Shown piece by piece: positions 14,778 to 24,563 of a stretch of DNA of 27,481 nt; the first letter of the stretch is position 1; each line of letters begins with the position of its first letter. The stretch covers positions 1 through 27,481 of the IMG/VR virus record IMGVR_UViG_3300028965_000054, one strand, 5' to 3'. Source of the stretch: a virus (lineage: Duplodnaviria; Heunggongvirae; Uroviricota; Caudoviricetes). The notes below the pieces were generated by a model. The model saw nothing but the letters and a program-made list of their open reading frames with translations. It had not been told where the DNA came from and searched no databases. The position numbers and the translations under genes were made by a program.

Positions 14778-15668
14778 ATGTCGAAACTGAAAACAGACTG
14801 GGTGGTCGTAGCCACTTCAGGCCCCACCATCGACGGTCGGGAAATTGATCCAAAGTGGCTGACGGATGCCGCCGAGGTTTATAACCCGGACGAACACACT
14901 GCCATGCTCTGGCCGTTTCATGCCAGCGCCGGCTGGCGTGCTTTCACCAATAACTATGGTCTTGTTGATGCACTGAAGGCAGAAAAAGCCGGTGATAAAG
15001 TGCAACTGAAAGCCCGCCTGATACCCAACCGCTTTCTGACCGAAGCCAACGAGGCCGGGCAAAAACTTTTCACCTCCATAGAGGTAAAGGAAAACTACCT
15101 GGGAACAGGCAAATTCTTTGTATCCGGCATCGCTGTAACTGACACTCCGGCCAGCATCAACACCACCCGCCTGCAATTTTCGCAGGGAGACTCCATTCAC
15201 ATGGGGAATGCAGAAGAACTGAATTTCACGCTGCAGTCTGACGACGAGCAGGCCAAACGCAGTTTCTTTTCCGGCCTTTTCTCCGTGGGACGCAACAAAC
15301 AGGAAAACGATATGAACGAAAAACAGTTCGGTCAGTTGATGGACGCCATCAACAAAACCGGCGAACGCTTGGGCAAACTGGAAGAAAACGTCGCGCAGTT
15401 CAGCGCGAAGGATGCCCCGAAAGATACCGGTGATAACAAGCCGGAAGGCAGCACCGGCGATCAGGGGCAGGACAACGCAGAACAGAACAACAAGGACGAC
15501 AAAACCTTCACGCTGACCACCGAGCAGGGCGAAAAGCTGTTCTCCACGGTGAACGCCATCGCGGAGAAAGTCACCAGTATGGAAACCGCATTTGCTGAAC
15601 TCAGCAAGGACGCCACGAAGCTGCCGGGCAACAATCCGGCCGGTGGCGAAACTTTTAACCTGGTGTAA
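14778..15668 (+). CDS. O: Capsid scaffolding protein (P2 gpO-like)
   Basis: 296 aa; similarity to recalled P2 O (ALKAEKAGD vs ELKAEKIDD, GIAVTDTPAS vs GLAVTDDPAS, METAFAEL vs METAFSAL). Confidence 0.85.
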   Translation: MSKLKTDWVVVATSGPTIDGREIDPKWLTDAAEVYNPDEHTAMLWPFHASAGWRAFTNNYGLVDALKAEKAGDKVQLKARLIPNRFLTEANEAGQKLFTSIEVKENYLGTGKFFVSGIAVTDTPASINTTRLQFSQGDSIHMGNAEELNFTLQSDDEQAKRSFFSGLFSVGRNKQENDMNEKQFGQLMDAINKTGERLGKLEENVAQFSAKDAPKDTGDNKPEGSTGDQGQDNAEQNNKDDKTFTLTTEQGEKLFSTVNAIAEKVTSMETAFAELSKDATKLPGNNPAGGETFNLV

Positions 15669-15682
15669 CCGGAGAGAACGCA

Positions 15683-16696
15683 ATGAACATGACACCAGAA
15701 GCACAAAAGCTGGTTAATCAGTACATCAGCGAACTGCAAAAAACATTCAGTGACTGCGGGAAATCAAGCGATCGTTTCTTTTCGCTGACCGAGCCACGCA
15801 GTATTGCTCTGCGTAAAGCCCTGCTGGAAAGCACGGAGTTTCTGAATTTCACCACCTGCATGGATGTTCCGCACCCGCAGGGGCAGGTCGTCACCGTGGG
15901 CGAATCCACGCTGCGCACTGGTCGCGTGAAAAGTGGTCGTTTCGCCAAAGGTTCGGGCATCAAAGGCAACGAATTCAAACTCGTTGAAACTGATTCCTGC
16001 TGTGTGATCACCTGGGAACAACTCGCCATCTGGGCGAATGCCGGCAGCCCGCAGGAATTTTTCAATCTGATGAACTCCGCCGCCGTCACCAACTTTGCGC
16101 TGGATATGCTGCGCATTGGCTTTAACGGTAAAACAGCCGCAGAAAACTCCGATCCTGAAAGTAATCCGAACGGTGAAGACGTCAACATCGGATGGCATGA
16201 AATCGCCAGAAAATGGGGAGAACAGCCCGGCAATACCTCCCGTATTCTGACGGACGCCGTTACCCTGGGCGAAGGCGGTGATTATGTCGGTCTTGACGCT
16301 ATGGCCTCAGACCTGATCCGCACTTACATCCCGGCGCAGTATCACAACGATCCTCGCCTTACCGTGCTGGTTGGCGCAGACCTTGTGGCTGCTGAAGAAC
16401 TGCGCCTCTACAACAAAGAGGACAAGCCTACCGAAAAAGTGGCCGCACAGCTGCTGACGAAGAACATCGCAGGCCGCAAGGCCATCATTCCGCCGTTTAT
16501 GCCGGGCAAGCGTATGGTAGTGACCATGCTGCCAAATCTGCAGATCCTGACGCTGAAAGGGTCCCGCCGTCGTAAGGCAGAAGATGTGGGCGATCGCAAA
16601 CAGTTCGAAAACTCATACTGGCGTTATGAGGGTTACGCCCTGGGCGATCCGGATTTATATGCTGCCGTGGATGAGTCTGCGGTAACCATCGCCTGA
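15683..16696 (+). CDS. N: Major capsid protein (P2 gpN-like)
   Basis: 337 aa; GEGGDYVGLDA and YHNDPRLTV blocks match recalled P2 N (GKGGDYASLDA, YQEDPDLVV). GGAGAG RBS. Confidence 0.88.
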   Translation: MNMTPEAQKLVNQYISELQKTFSDCGKSSDRFFSLTEPRSIALRKALLESTEFLNFTTCMDVPHPQGQVVTVGESTLRTGRVKSGRFAKGSGIKGNEFKLVETDSCCVITWEQLAIWANAGSPQEFFNLMNSAAVTNFALDMLRIGFNGKTAAENSDPESNPNGEDVNIGWHEIARKWGEQPGNTSRILTDAVTLGEGGDYVGLDAMASDLIRTYIPAQYHNDPRLTVLVGADLVAAEELRLYNKEDKPTEKVAAQLLTKNIAGRKAIIPPFMPGKRMVVTMLPNLQILTLKGSRRRKAEDVGDRKQFENSYWRYEGYALGDPDLYAAVDESAVTIA

Positions 16697-16713
16697 TAAA
16701 CGGAGCGCGCGGT

Positions 16714-17424
16714 ATGCCAACGCCAATGCAGCGACAACGTGCCCGACAGATGGATGAGCGCCGTGCAGCACTCATGACCAGAACGGACGGGAGCGCCGTC
16801 AGTACAGAGAGCCAGCACATTAAGCTGCTGGCACTGAATAACGACATCAGACAACTGCACAACATGGAGCTGCTGTCTGACAAGCTGGAATTCAAACGGA
16901 ACACGCTGCTGCCCCGCTGGCTGCCACACGCACAGGCTTATCTGGAGGGGGAACGCGTCTATCAGAATCCCATTCTGGTGTACTGCATCATCTGGCTGTT
17001 CGATACCGGGCAGTTTGAGATGGCGCTGCGGTGGGCTGACATTGCCATTGAGCAGGGGCAAAAGACGCCGGAGAACTTCAAAAGCGAGCTGCCAACGTTT
17101 GTGGCCCATTTCATTCTTGAATGGGCAGAAACCGAAGCTGAACGCGGGAACAGTATCGCGCCATATTTTCAGCAGGTGTTTGAAAAAATCCGTGACAAAT
17201 GGCGCGTGAATGAACGCCTTGCTGCCCGCTACTGGCGCTTTGCAGGCGTCCTGCTGCTGCGCGGCGATGACGGTAAACCGCTGGCCAGTGCAATTAACGA
17301 TCCGGAGAGACTGCAACAGGCCGACCAGTGCCTGGAACGGGCTGCCTGGCTGCATCCCAAAATTCAGGTGAAAACCCTGCGCCAGCGCATTGCCGCAAGA
17401 CTGCGCGCGTTGCAGGGCACGTAA
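16714..17424 (+). CDS. M: Terminase small/endonuclease subunit (P2 gpM-like)
   Basis: 236 aa; position after capsid gene; LLPRWLP and LWLFDTG resemble recalled P2 M (LLPFWLP, LWRLDTG). Confidence 0.8.
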   Translation: MPTPMQRQRARQMDERRAALMTRTDGSAVSTESQHIKLLALNNDIRQLHNMELLSDKLEFKRNTLLPRWLPHAQAYLEGERVYQNPILVYCIIWLFDTGQFEMALRWADIAIEQGQKTPENFKSELPTFVAHFILEWAETEAERGNSIAPYFQQVFEKIRDKWRVNERLAARYWRFAGVLLLRGDDGKPLASAINDPERLQQADQCLERAAWLHPKIQVKTLRQRIAARLRALQGT

Positions 17425-17522
17425 ACGACTCCCAACAACCGGGCGGGCGCGGTGGAGGTGTGCCGGCAAAAGCCATCAGCACACTGCGGAAACCGGTCAG
17501 CCCGCCTTTCCCCGGAGTGAGC

Positions 17523-18017
17523 ATGTTTGACGGGAAAAGCATTCACTATCAACAGGCCATTATTCAGAGCGATGGATTCTGGCCGGATATTGATGCCGGC
17601 GATTTTGAAAAGAGCCGCAGCATCCCCGCCGTCACGTCACACGAAACGGTGCTGACGGCGCTGCTTTGCGCGGTAACAGAGATTAACACTGAACTGGCTG
17701 CACGCCGTGAATACTGGCAGGAACAGGGCTACATCCGGGCCACTGATATTCCGGGTTACACCGTGTTGCAACCAGAGCCGCGCAACACGGATGCACAGCC
17801 TCAACGGATGCAGAACCACATTACAGCACTGTACACCAAGGCTGTGTATGCCCGCGCAAAGGCCGATCTTTTGCCGGAATCTGCCAGCGTGGGGCGGCGC
17901 GAGGCGCAGTCATCAACAGAAGCCAGCGAGAGCCGCCGGACGTTGCTGGCTGAAGCAGCCATGGCGGTGCGGGCGCTGCTGGGCCGACCGCGTGCATCCA
18001 TCGCGCTGATTGATTAA
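17523..18017 (+). CDS. L: Head completion/stabilisation protein (P2 gpL-like)
   Basis: 164 aa from ATG 17523 (GGAG RBS); FWPDIDAGDF matches recalled P2 L FFFPDIDPKRV. An in-frame upstream GTG at 17460 could extend the N-terminus. Confidence 0.75.
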   Translation: MFDGKSIHYQQAIIQSDGFWPDIDAGDFEKSRSIPAVTSHETVLTALLCAVTEINTELAARREYWQEQGYIRATDIPGYTVLQPEPRNTDAQPQRMQNHITALYTKAVYARAKADLLPESASVGRREAQSSTEASESRRTLLAEAAMAVRALLGRPRASIALID

Positions 18018-18026
18018 GGAAATGGT

Positions 18027-18500
18027 ATGACGCAACTCGCCAGCCTGACGGCATTCATTGAAAACAATCTGCCGGCACGCGCACGCATTCCGTTCACCAG
18101 TGACATGGATGACATCACGCTCGTTCCGTTTACGAAGTCGCTGGGGCACGGGCAGTTATGTACGCAGGTCCGAAAATATACGGCTTTTCTGCGATGGGAC
18201 GCATGGCCCTATCGTCAGCTCAATCCAGATTTGGTGTTTTCTCTGGTTGAAGCCTGGCTGGCAGACAACGGCGGCGACCTGCGCCAGCGCCTGGCACCGG
18301 ATGCGCCAGCCGTTGACGTCGAAGTGGATGATGAAAATGAAGTGGCATGGCTGGAAATCAGTCTGCCGCTGGTTGATCCCATCACCCTGGTTGAGGACGA
18401 AAACGGCCCCATCCCCAGAGGCGGGAAACGTTACCAGCTGGAAAAGCCTGAAATCTGGGTGGCTCAGGCGCATCAGCTTCACTGCCAGGTGATGCCATGA
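18027..18500 (+). CDS. Putative tail completion protein (gpR-like)
   Basis: 157 aa; position after L and weak resemblance to recalled P2 R. AAGGA RBS. Confidence 0.5.
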   Translation: MTQLASLTAFIENNLPARARIPFTSDMDDITLVPFTKSLGHGQLCTQVRKYTAFLRWDAWPYRQLNPDLVFSLVEAWLADNGGDLRQRLAPDAPAVDVEVDDENEVAWLEISLPLVDPITLVEDENGPIPRGGKRYQLEKPEIWVAQAHQLHCQVMP

Positions 18501-19210
18501 CGCGCCCCGTGATTAACGAGTCACAACTCCGGCAGGTTCGTCGCGCCATCAGAGAGGCAGAACTTCCGCCGGCAAAGGCCAGAAAGCTGCTGGTTCGCAT
18601 TGCGAAATACGGCCTGATACCGGCTGCTCGACGCAATGTGAAAGCACAGCGAACACCGGAGGGGGCAGCCTGGGCACCACGAAAAAGACCGGATAAAGCC
18701 AGCGGCAGGTATAAAAACAAAATGCTGCTGGGACTGCCGAAACTGCTGGCCATCAGGGTTGACGGCAGCGGGAAAAGTGTCCGCCTTTTCTTCAAAAAAG
18801 GGGATTACAACACCGGCTCTCATGGTGGGGCGGTCGCGTGGGTGCAACAGCACGGCGCAACCATCAAAGGCCGCGCCACAAAACGCCGGGACAGCGAAGC
18901 CATGCGCACCCGTCCCGCCACACGACGGCAGGCAGAACGCCTTCTTTCTCTGGGCTTTCGCGCCCCCGTCGGCGCAGTCAGCAAAAAAACCGGACGCAGG
19001 GGACGCAGAAAGCCTTCTCTGAAATGGATTATGGAAAACATGAGTATGGCGCAGGCCGGATTGGTGATCAGCATTCTGAAAGGCGAGCAGAAAAAACGTG
19101 TATGGGAAATCAAAATCCCCTCCCGCGCATTTCTGGGAGCCAGCGATGCTGAATTTGCCCGCATTCTGGAGGCGCAGCTGCGCAGCCTGCATTACGGCGG
19201 CACGAGATAA
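18497..19210 (+). CDS. Virion morphogenesis / tail completion protein (gpS-like)
   Basis: 237 aa; WAP...R...G then AWVQQHGA resembles the gpS/Mu G virion-morphogenesis pattern. Start overlaps upstream stop. Confidence 0.55.
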   Translation: MTRPVINESQLRQVRRAIREAELPPAKARKLLVRIAKYGLIPAARRNVKAQRTPEGAAWAPRKRPDKASGRYKNKMLLGLPKLLAIRVDGSGKSVRLFFKKGDYNTGSHGGAVAWVQQHGATIKGRATKRRDSEAMRTRPATRRQAERLLSLGFRAPVGAVSKKTGRRGRRKPSLKWIMENMSMAQAGLVISILKGEQKKRVWEIKIPSRAFLGASDAEFARILEAQLRSLHYGGTR

Positions 19211-19229
19211 CAAAATCAGGAGACAAATT

Positions 19230-20378
19230 ATGACCTGGCCATCTGTCACAATTGAACAGTACAACACGTTCAGTAGCTCGCCGGACGGCGTGGAAAATAC
19301 GCTGCTGTTTGTGGGCAATGCACAAAACAACAAAGGTAAGGTTCTGCCGGTTAATGCCAACAGTGATCTGGATGAGCTACTGGGAACGAACGCCAGCCCG
19401 CTGAAGAACTTCCTTCGGTCTGCGCTGACCAATGCCGGACAGAATGCCTTTTTCTATGTTGCCGTTCTGCCGGAAGCCGGCAAAGGCAAAGAAGCGACGC
19501 CAGCCTGCCAGGTATGGCAGAACGCCATACTGGCGGCTCAGGAAACTGTTTCAGTTGAAGGCGTGGTGATCACCGAACCGGTCAGCACGAAGGATGACAT
19601 CAACGCCATACAGGCGTTACGTCAGACCATCATCAATAAATATCAGCGCCGCATCTGGTTCATTCTGACCATTGCCGCCAATAACGGCAGCAAAACCTGG
19701 GCAGATTACGTTGCTGAACTGACCACGCTACAGGAAGGCATCGCCGCCCCGCAAATCATGCTGGTTCCGGAAATTTTTGGATTTGAACCGGGCGTTCTTG
19801 CCGGCCGTCTGTGTAACAGCGCCGTCACCATTGCTGACAGTCCGGCGCGTGTGGCAACCGGGGCGCTGTCCGCACTGAAGACCACGGAACGCCCGAAAGA
19901 CAGCGCAGGGCAGGCAATTGATCTCGACACTCTGCAGGCACTGGCAACCGCCCGCTACAGCGTGCCCATGTGGTATGCCGACTATGACGGCCTTTACTGG
20001 GCTGACGGTGTAACACTTGAGGTGGAAGGCGGGGACTACAACGTCATTGAGCATGTCCGCATTGCTGATAAGGTGGCGCGCCGCGTGCGGCTGATGGCCA
20101 TCCCCAAGATTGCCGACCGCTCGCTGAACAGCACGCCGGGCAGCATTGCCGCACATGAAACGCTGTTTGCCCGCCCACTGCGTGCTATGGCGAAATCCAT
20201 GCAAATTAACGGCATCACGTTTCCGGGTGAAGTGAAATCCCCAAAAAAAGGCGACGTGGTTATCACCTGGCAGGACGAAAAGACGGTCAGCATCAGCATT
20301 GTCGTCCGCCCTTACGCCTGCCCTAAAACCATCAAAGTGGGCATTCAGCTGGATAAATCTCTGGAGGAAAACGCATGA
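19230..20378 (+). CDS. Putative tail sheath protein
   Basis: 382 aa from ATG 19230 with AGGAGA RBS; precedes and overlaps a ~150-aa tube-sized gene (sheath-tube arrangement). Not P2 FI-like in sequence. Confidence 0.5.
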   Translation: MTWPSVTIEQYNTFSSSPDGVENTLLFVGNAQNNKGKVLPVNANSDLDELLGTNASPLKNFLRSALTNAGQNAFFYVAVLPEAGKGKEATPACQVWQNAILAAQETVSVEGVVITEPVSTKDDINAIQALRQTIINKYQRRIWFILTIAANNGSKTWADYVAELTTLQEGIAAPQIMLVPEIFGFEPGVLAGRLCNSAVTIADSPARVATGALSALKTTERPKDSAGQAIDLDTLQALATARYSVPMWYADYDGLYWADGVTLEVEGGDYNVIEHVRIADKVARRVRLMAIPKIADRSLNSTPGSIAAHETLFARPLRAMAKSMQINGITFPGEVKSPKKGDVVITWQDEKTVSISIVVRPYACPKTIKVGIQLDKSLEENA

Positions 20379-20830
20379 CGACCCGCATTAACGGCATGGC
20401 GTTTGACACTTTTATCGGTGGAACGGATATCCATGTGAAAAGCATCTCACTGGACATCAGCGATGAAAGCGCCGTTGCCAAAACCCGTGGCATCCCTGAC
20501 GGCAAACTGCGCGGCCCTGTCAGTGCCGAAGGTGAAATCGAAATGAGTACCCGCAGCTTTAACCAGCTCGGGGAAGTGGCTGCTCAGGCGGGATCGTGGC
20601 GTGACCTGCCGCCAATGGATTTTGTGTTTTACGCCAATACGGGAACCGAAGAAATCCGCGTTGAAGCCTTCGGTTGTGAGCTGATGCTTTCCGGCCTGTT
20701 AAGCATTGACACCGAGAGCGCAGATCTGACCACGCACAAAATCAAGTACGTGGTGGCAAGCCCTGACTTTGTGCGTATCAACGGCGTGCCCGTTCTCTCA
20801 GAGAACGACGTGCGCGGACTGATGGGGTGA
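20375..20830 (+). CDS. Putative tail tube protein
   Basis: 151 aa; GGAGG RBS; start overlaps sheath-like stop. Confidence 0.5.
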   Translation: MTTRINGMAFDTFIGGTDIHVKSISLDISDESAVAKTRGIPDGKLRGPVSAEGEIEMSTRSFNQLGEVAAQAGSWRDLPPMDFVFYANTGTEEIRVEAFGCELMLSGLLSIDTESADLTTHKIKYVVASPDFVRINGVPVLSENDVRGLMG

Positions 20831-20833
20831 ACC

Positions 20834-21130
20834 ATGCAGGAGCATGAGCGCACCATTATCACTCTGGGCATTCTGGGCGGAATCGCTGCCGCAAGTCGGG
20901 TGCTGGCTGGCGCAGAGCCGATTACGTTGCGGTTGTTTGTGGGCCGAACCCTGCTGGGGAGCGCGCTGGGTGTTTCTGCCGCTGCCCTGCTGGTTCGCTA
21001 CCCGAACCTTGACCCACTGGCCATTGCCGGCGCAGGCACCGCAATGGGCGTTGCCGGTTACCAGATTGTTGAAATCTTCCTGCGTCATATGCGCCGGAAG
21101 CTGGGCGAGAAAGAGAACAAAGAGGAGTAA
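20834..21130 (+). CDS. Membrane protein, putative holin
   Basis: 98 aa with 2-3 hydrophobic segments and charged C-terminus (RRKLGEKENKEE); two genes upstream of the endolysin. Confidence 0.45.
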   Translation: MQEHERTIITLGILGGIAAASRVLAGAEPITLRLFVGRTLLGSALGVSAAALLVRYPNLDPLAIAGAGTAMGVAGYQIVEIFLRHMRRKLGEKENKEE

Positions 21131-21135
21131 CAGCA

Positions 21136-21243
21136 ATGCTGTCCCGCAGGGAACAAAAAGCTGCCGCCATTGCCTGGAAAATTATCCGGGCACTGTGGTA
21201 CTGGCTGCGCAAACCTCAGCAACCTCATAAGGAGCAAAAATGA
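21136..21243 (+). CDS. Small ORF (35 aa) between holin-like gene and endolysin
   Basis: Hand translation MLSRREQKAAAIAWKIIRALWYWLRKPQQPHKEQK; its TGA overlaps the endolysin ATG. Below track cutoff. Confidence 0.3.
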   Translation: MLSRREQKAAAIAWKIIRALWYWLRKPQQPHKEQK

Positions 21244-21581
21244 AACTCTCCGATAAGCAACAACAATTTACCGTCATGATCGGAAAACTCATCCAGTTTG
21301 CCCATCAGCGCGGTTATGGCCTGACGTTCGGTGAGGCGTACCGCACGCCAGAACAGGCAAAACTCAACGCACAAAAGGGATCCGGCATTGCCAACAGCCT
21401 GCACTGCCAGCGGCTGGCCGTGGATTTTAATCTGTTTATTAACGGTGAATATCAGACCCGCACAGAGGCCTACCGCGAGCTGGGCGAGTACTGGGAATCC
21501 CTTGGTGGCGCATGGGGCGGTCGTTTTAAAAACCGCCCGGATGGCAATCATTTCAGCCTTGAGCACGACGGCGTGCGCTGA
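21240..21581 (+). CDS. Endolysin, peptidase M15-type (L-alanyl-D-glutamate / VanY-like)
   Basis: 113 aa; His/Asp-containing blocks (SLHCQRLAVDF, DGNHFSLEHD) fit small zinc-dependent M15 endolysins. Confidence 0.7.
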   Translation: MKLSDKQQQFTVMIGKLIQFAHQRGYGLTFGEAYRTPEQAKLNAQKGSGIANSLHCQRLAVDFNLFINGEYQTRTEAYRELGEYWESLGGAWGGRFKNRPDGNHFSLEHDGVR

Positions 21582-21588
21582 TTTTACG

Positions 21589-21618
21589 CTTAATAAGCCT
21601 TCCTGCAGGCTTATTAAG
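21589..21618 (+). terminator. Hairpin after endolysin
   Basis: CTTAATAAGCC-ttcctgca-GGCTTATTAAG (11-bp stem) followed by pyrimidine-rich CCCTCTTATTCTT. Confidence 0.45.
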
Positions 21619-21645
21619 CCCTCTTATTCTTGACTTTAAAAGGAA

Positions 21646-21939
21646 ATGATGATGAACGATAAAAACACCCAGACTACCGCAGAGAACACCATCACTTTAC
21701 AGGTCGGCGAACATGAACTGACGTTTATCCCGACCGTAAAAGCCTACAACGACCTGCAGAACGACTTCATGCCGGATAACAAAATCGCGCCGCTGAAAAA
21801 CTACCTGCGCCGTATCGTGATTAAAGAGCACCGCGATCTGCTGAACCAGTTGCTGGAAAAACCAGGAATGCCGGCCAGCCTGGCAACAGCCGTGAATAAC
21901 GAGTTTGTGCCGGAAGTGGAAATCACCGTAAAAAAATAA
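21646..21939 (+). CDS. Tail assembly chaperone (P2 gpE / lambda gpG analogue)
   Basis: 97 aa, directly upstream of the tape measure gene; ends ...ITVKK on an A-run. Confidence 0.65.
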   Translation: MMMNDKNTQTTAENTITLQVGEHELTFIPTVKAYNDLQNDFMPDNKIAPLKNYLRRIVIKEHRDLLNQLLEKPGMPASLATAVNNEFVPEVEITVKK

Positions 21940-22127
21940 AAAGCCATCTGGGGGCCATTGATCGCAATGACCTTACCCGGATGCTGATTCTGCGCCGCCA
22001 CTGGCTGCCCGGCGAGGATGACTCGCCGCAGTCACTGGCTGCCGCCGTCTGGCTGGATAACCACTACTGGGAAAATATGAGCATCGCCGTCAATAACGGC
22101 ATTATCCGTGCTTTTAAGGGATCGTAA
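21933..22127 (+). CDS. -1 frameshift extension of the tail assembly chaperone (gpE'/GT analogue)
   Basis: Slippery heptamer A_AAA_AAA at 21930-21936. The -1 frame stays open for 64 codons (hand-translated ...KIKSHLGAIDRNDLTRMLILRRHW...IIRAFKGS) to TAA 22125-22127, overlapping the tape measure ATG; no RBS or ATG of its own. Confidence 0.55.
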   Translation, partial: KIKSHLGAIDRNDLTRMLILRRHWLPGEDDSPQSLAAAVWLDNHYWENMSIAVNNGIIRAFKGS

Positions 22128-24223
22128 TGTCACAACAGCGCCTTGAATTACTTCTTGAACTGACAGACCGCCTGACAAGGCCGTTGCGTGCAGCCGGGCG
22201 ACAGGTTCAGGGATTTGCTGCAACAAGTCGGGGAGCCTTTCGGGACATTGCTACCGGAGGCGCTGCGCTCTGGGGAGTGGGTGCAGCCATTCAGGGGGCA
22301 CTGATGCCAGCCATTGAAATGGACAGGGCGCTCGGTGAGGTGAAATCACTGGGCGTCGCAGAGTCCGGATTGCGTAAACTCAGCCGCGCCGCCGTTGATT
22401 TCACTATGGAATACGGCGGGGCTGCGCAGGATTTTGTGCGTGCTTCTTACGACATCCAGTCAGCCATTGCCGGGTTAACTGATGATGAGCTGTCCCGCTT
22501 CACCACCGCATCAGCAACGGTAGCAGCAGCAACCAAATCCAGCAGCCAGACCATTACCGCCTACATGGGCACCATGTACGGCATCTTTAAAGACCAGGCT
22601 GATGCCATGGGAAAAAGCAAATGGGTGGAGCAGGTCGCCGGGCAAACCGCCACCGCCGTGCAAATGTTTAAAACAACCGGCGATAACATGTCAGCGGCGT
22701 TCACCACGCTGGGTGCCAGTGCAAAAGCGGCCGGTATTGATGCGGCTGAACAGTTCGCCGTGCTGGGACAACTTCAGGCCACCATGAGTGGCAGCGAGGC
22801 CGGGACAAAGTACAAGGCATTTCTTGCCGCAGTAGGCAGCGCCCAGAAAAAGCTGGGGCTTAATTTCGTGAATAAAGACGGCACGATGAAAAGTGTTGTC
22901 GAGATCATGAAACTTATCAGGGGTAAATTTGGTGATCTGTCAAAAGTGGCTGATTCCGATTTGCTGAAAAGCGCCTTTGGCTCCGATGAAGCTGTGGCCA
23001 TGATTAAATTACTCAATGCGGACATTGGCGGACTTGAAAAGAATATCGCCACGCTGGGCAATATCAAAGGTATGGATAAGGCTGTCGAAATGGCGCAGGC
23101 CATGGCTGATCCATGGGAACAGGCCGCTGCAATTATTAACGGCATTCGCATCGAAATTGGCACGCAGTTGCTGCCTGTTCTGTACCCGTTTATCCAGAAA
23201 AGCAACGAAGGCGGTAAATCCTTTGTTGCCTGGCTACGTCTGTATCCCAATATCACACGGGCCATTGGTTTACTGTCTGCCGCCCTGCTGGGCATTGCCG
23301 CAGTGGGTGCTGTTGTCAACATTATGGTGGGTGTGGCGAAGTTTGTCTGGACAGGACTGCGGCTGGTCTGGCTGGCAGCCGTTGCGCCGCTGAAGATTCT
23401 CATTCTGCTGAAACGCACACTGACGGCTACCATGTGGGCATTCACTGTAGTTGCCCGAACGGTCAGGGCGCTGTATCTGGCCATGTCCATTGCTATGGGA
23501 ACATACAACGTCAAAGCAAAAATTCAGCTGGCGCTGCTGAAATTACAGCGCGCCGGACTCTGGCTTTATTCTGTTGCGCTGGGTGCCGCCGGCATAGCAA
23601 TGAAAATCTACACCGCAGTCACCAGCGGAGCCGCAATTGCAACACAGTTACTTTTCAGCCCCATCACATTAATCATCCTGGCACTGGCTGCGCTGGGCGT
23701 GGGCATTTATTTCCTGATCACCCGCTGGGATGAAATCAAAGCTGCACTGATGGATACCGCTGCATTTCAGTGGGTTGCCGGCATCATTAACAGCATGGGG
23801 GCGTGGTTCGGCAATGCATGGAGTGCAATCAGGGATGGCTGGAATGCACTGGTTAACTATTTTTCCACCCATTCACCACTGGATGCCCTGAAGGATCTCG
23901 CGGGTGGCATACTGAATATTTTCAGCAACCTCTGGGAACTGGTGAAACAGTCCTTCAGTGATTCATGGGGCTGGATTGTGGACAAACTCAACATGATCCC
24001 CGGCGTTAACATCGGCACATCAGAAAGCACAGGAAGTGGCGAAGGCTCCGTATTAACCGGCGGTAAAGCCATCAGCGCGGGGCCGGGTGGCATTGCGGCA
24101 GAAATGCAGAACAACAGCGAAAACCAGACCACCATCGACAACTCCCGTCGTGTGGTCAACGTCAATGTGCAGGATCCATCCCCTGCCCGTCTTAACGAGT
24201 GGATGGAGCTGCATGCATACTGA
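22127..24223 (+). CDS. Tail tape measure protein
   Basis: 698 aa; Ala/Gly-rich with long hydrophobic repeats in the C-terminal half and canonical position after the chaperone pair. Confidence 0.85.
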   Translation: MSQQRLELLLELTDRLTRPLRAAGRQVQGFAATSRGAFRDIATGGAALWGVGAAIQGALMPAIEMDRALGEVKSLGVAESGLRKLSRAAVDFTMEYGGAAQDFVRASYDIQSAIAGLTDDELSRFTTASATVAAATKSSSQTITAYMGTMYGIFKDQADAMGKSKWVEQVAGQTATAVQMFKTTGDNMSAAFTTLGASAKAAGIDAAEQFAVLGQLQATMSGSEAGTKYKAFLAAVGSAQKKLGLNFVNKDGTMKSVVEIMKLIRGKFGDLSKVADSDLLKSAFGSDEAVAMIKLLNADIGGLEKNIATLGNIKGMDKAVEMAQAMADPWEQAAAIINGIRIEIGTQLLPVLYPFIQKSNEGGKSFVAWLRLYPNITRAIGLLSAALLGIAAVGAVVNIMVGVAKFVWTGLRLVWLAAVAPLKILILLKRTLTATMWAFTVVARTVRALYLAMSIAMGTYNVKAKIQLALLKLQRAGLWLYSVALGAAGIAMKIYTAVTSGAAIATQLLFSPITLIILALAALGVGIYFLITRWDEIKAALMDTAAFQWVAGIINSMGAWFGNAWSAIRDGWNALVNYFSTHSPLDALKDLAGGILNIFSNLWELVKQSFSDSWGWIVDKLNMIPGVNIGTSESTGSGEGSVLTGGKAISAGPGGIAAEMQNNSENQTTIDNSRRVVNVNVQDPSPARLNEWMELHAY

Positions 24224-24563
24224 TAAACCGCTTTACATTGATTTGCTCATCACCGGCCGCAATCTCACGCTGAACAGCGCCAGTGAGCCGGTGTTATGCA
24301 ACAACAGGGAAAGTATTGCCCAGGACTGCCAGCACGCCATCATTGAGAGCGGACTGGCAACGCGCCTGCTGGCTGAAAAAAGCCCGACGCTTCGTGCCGA
24401 CATCATGATGCAGATGACACTGCTGATTGAAGATGATGAGCGCATCACACCTGGCACGGTCAGTGTGACAGAAGAAACCCCGCTTTCTGGTCGCCTGCTG
24501 ATTAGCGCCCACACCGAAGATTTTTTTGAACCCCTGACTTTTACGGTATCTCTTGATGATTAA
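24213..24563 (+). CDS. Hypothetical tail/baseplate protein (gpW-sized)
   Basis: 116 aa from ATG 24213; sits between tape measure and baseplate J-like gene. Confidence 0.45.
   Translation: MHTDKPLYIDLLITGRNLTLNSASEPVLCNNRESIAQDCQHAIIESGLATRLLAEKSPTLRADIMMQMTLLIEDDERITPGTVSVTEETPLSGRLLISAHTEDFFEPLTFTVSLDD

Noticed and set aside
15718-16904. Minus-strand track ORFs overlapping the capsid and small terminase genes (for example 15718..16233, 16633..17469)
   Set aside because: Antisense to genes with clear P2 homology and RBS; composition-driven open frames.
18521-19432. 303-aa minus-strand track ORF antisense to the gpS-like and sheath genes
   Set aside because: Cys/Ser/Ala/Arg-rich translation typical of an antisense frame in GC-rich coding DNA; no RBS; the plus-strand genes have homology and coupling support.
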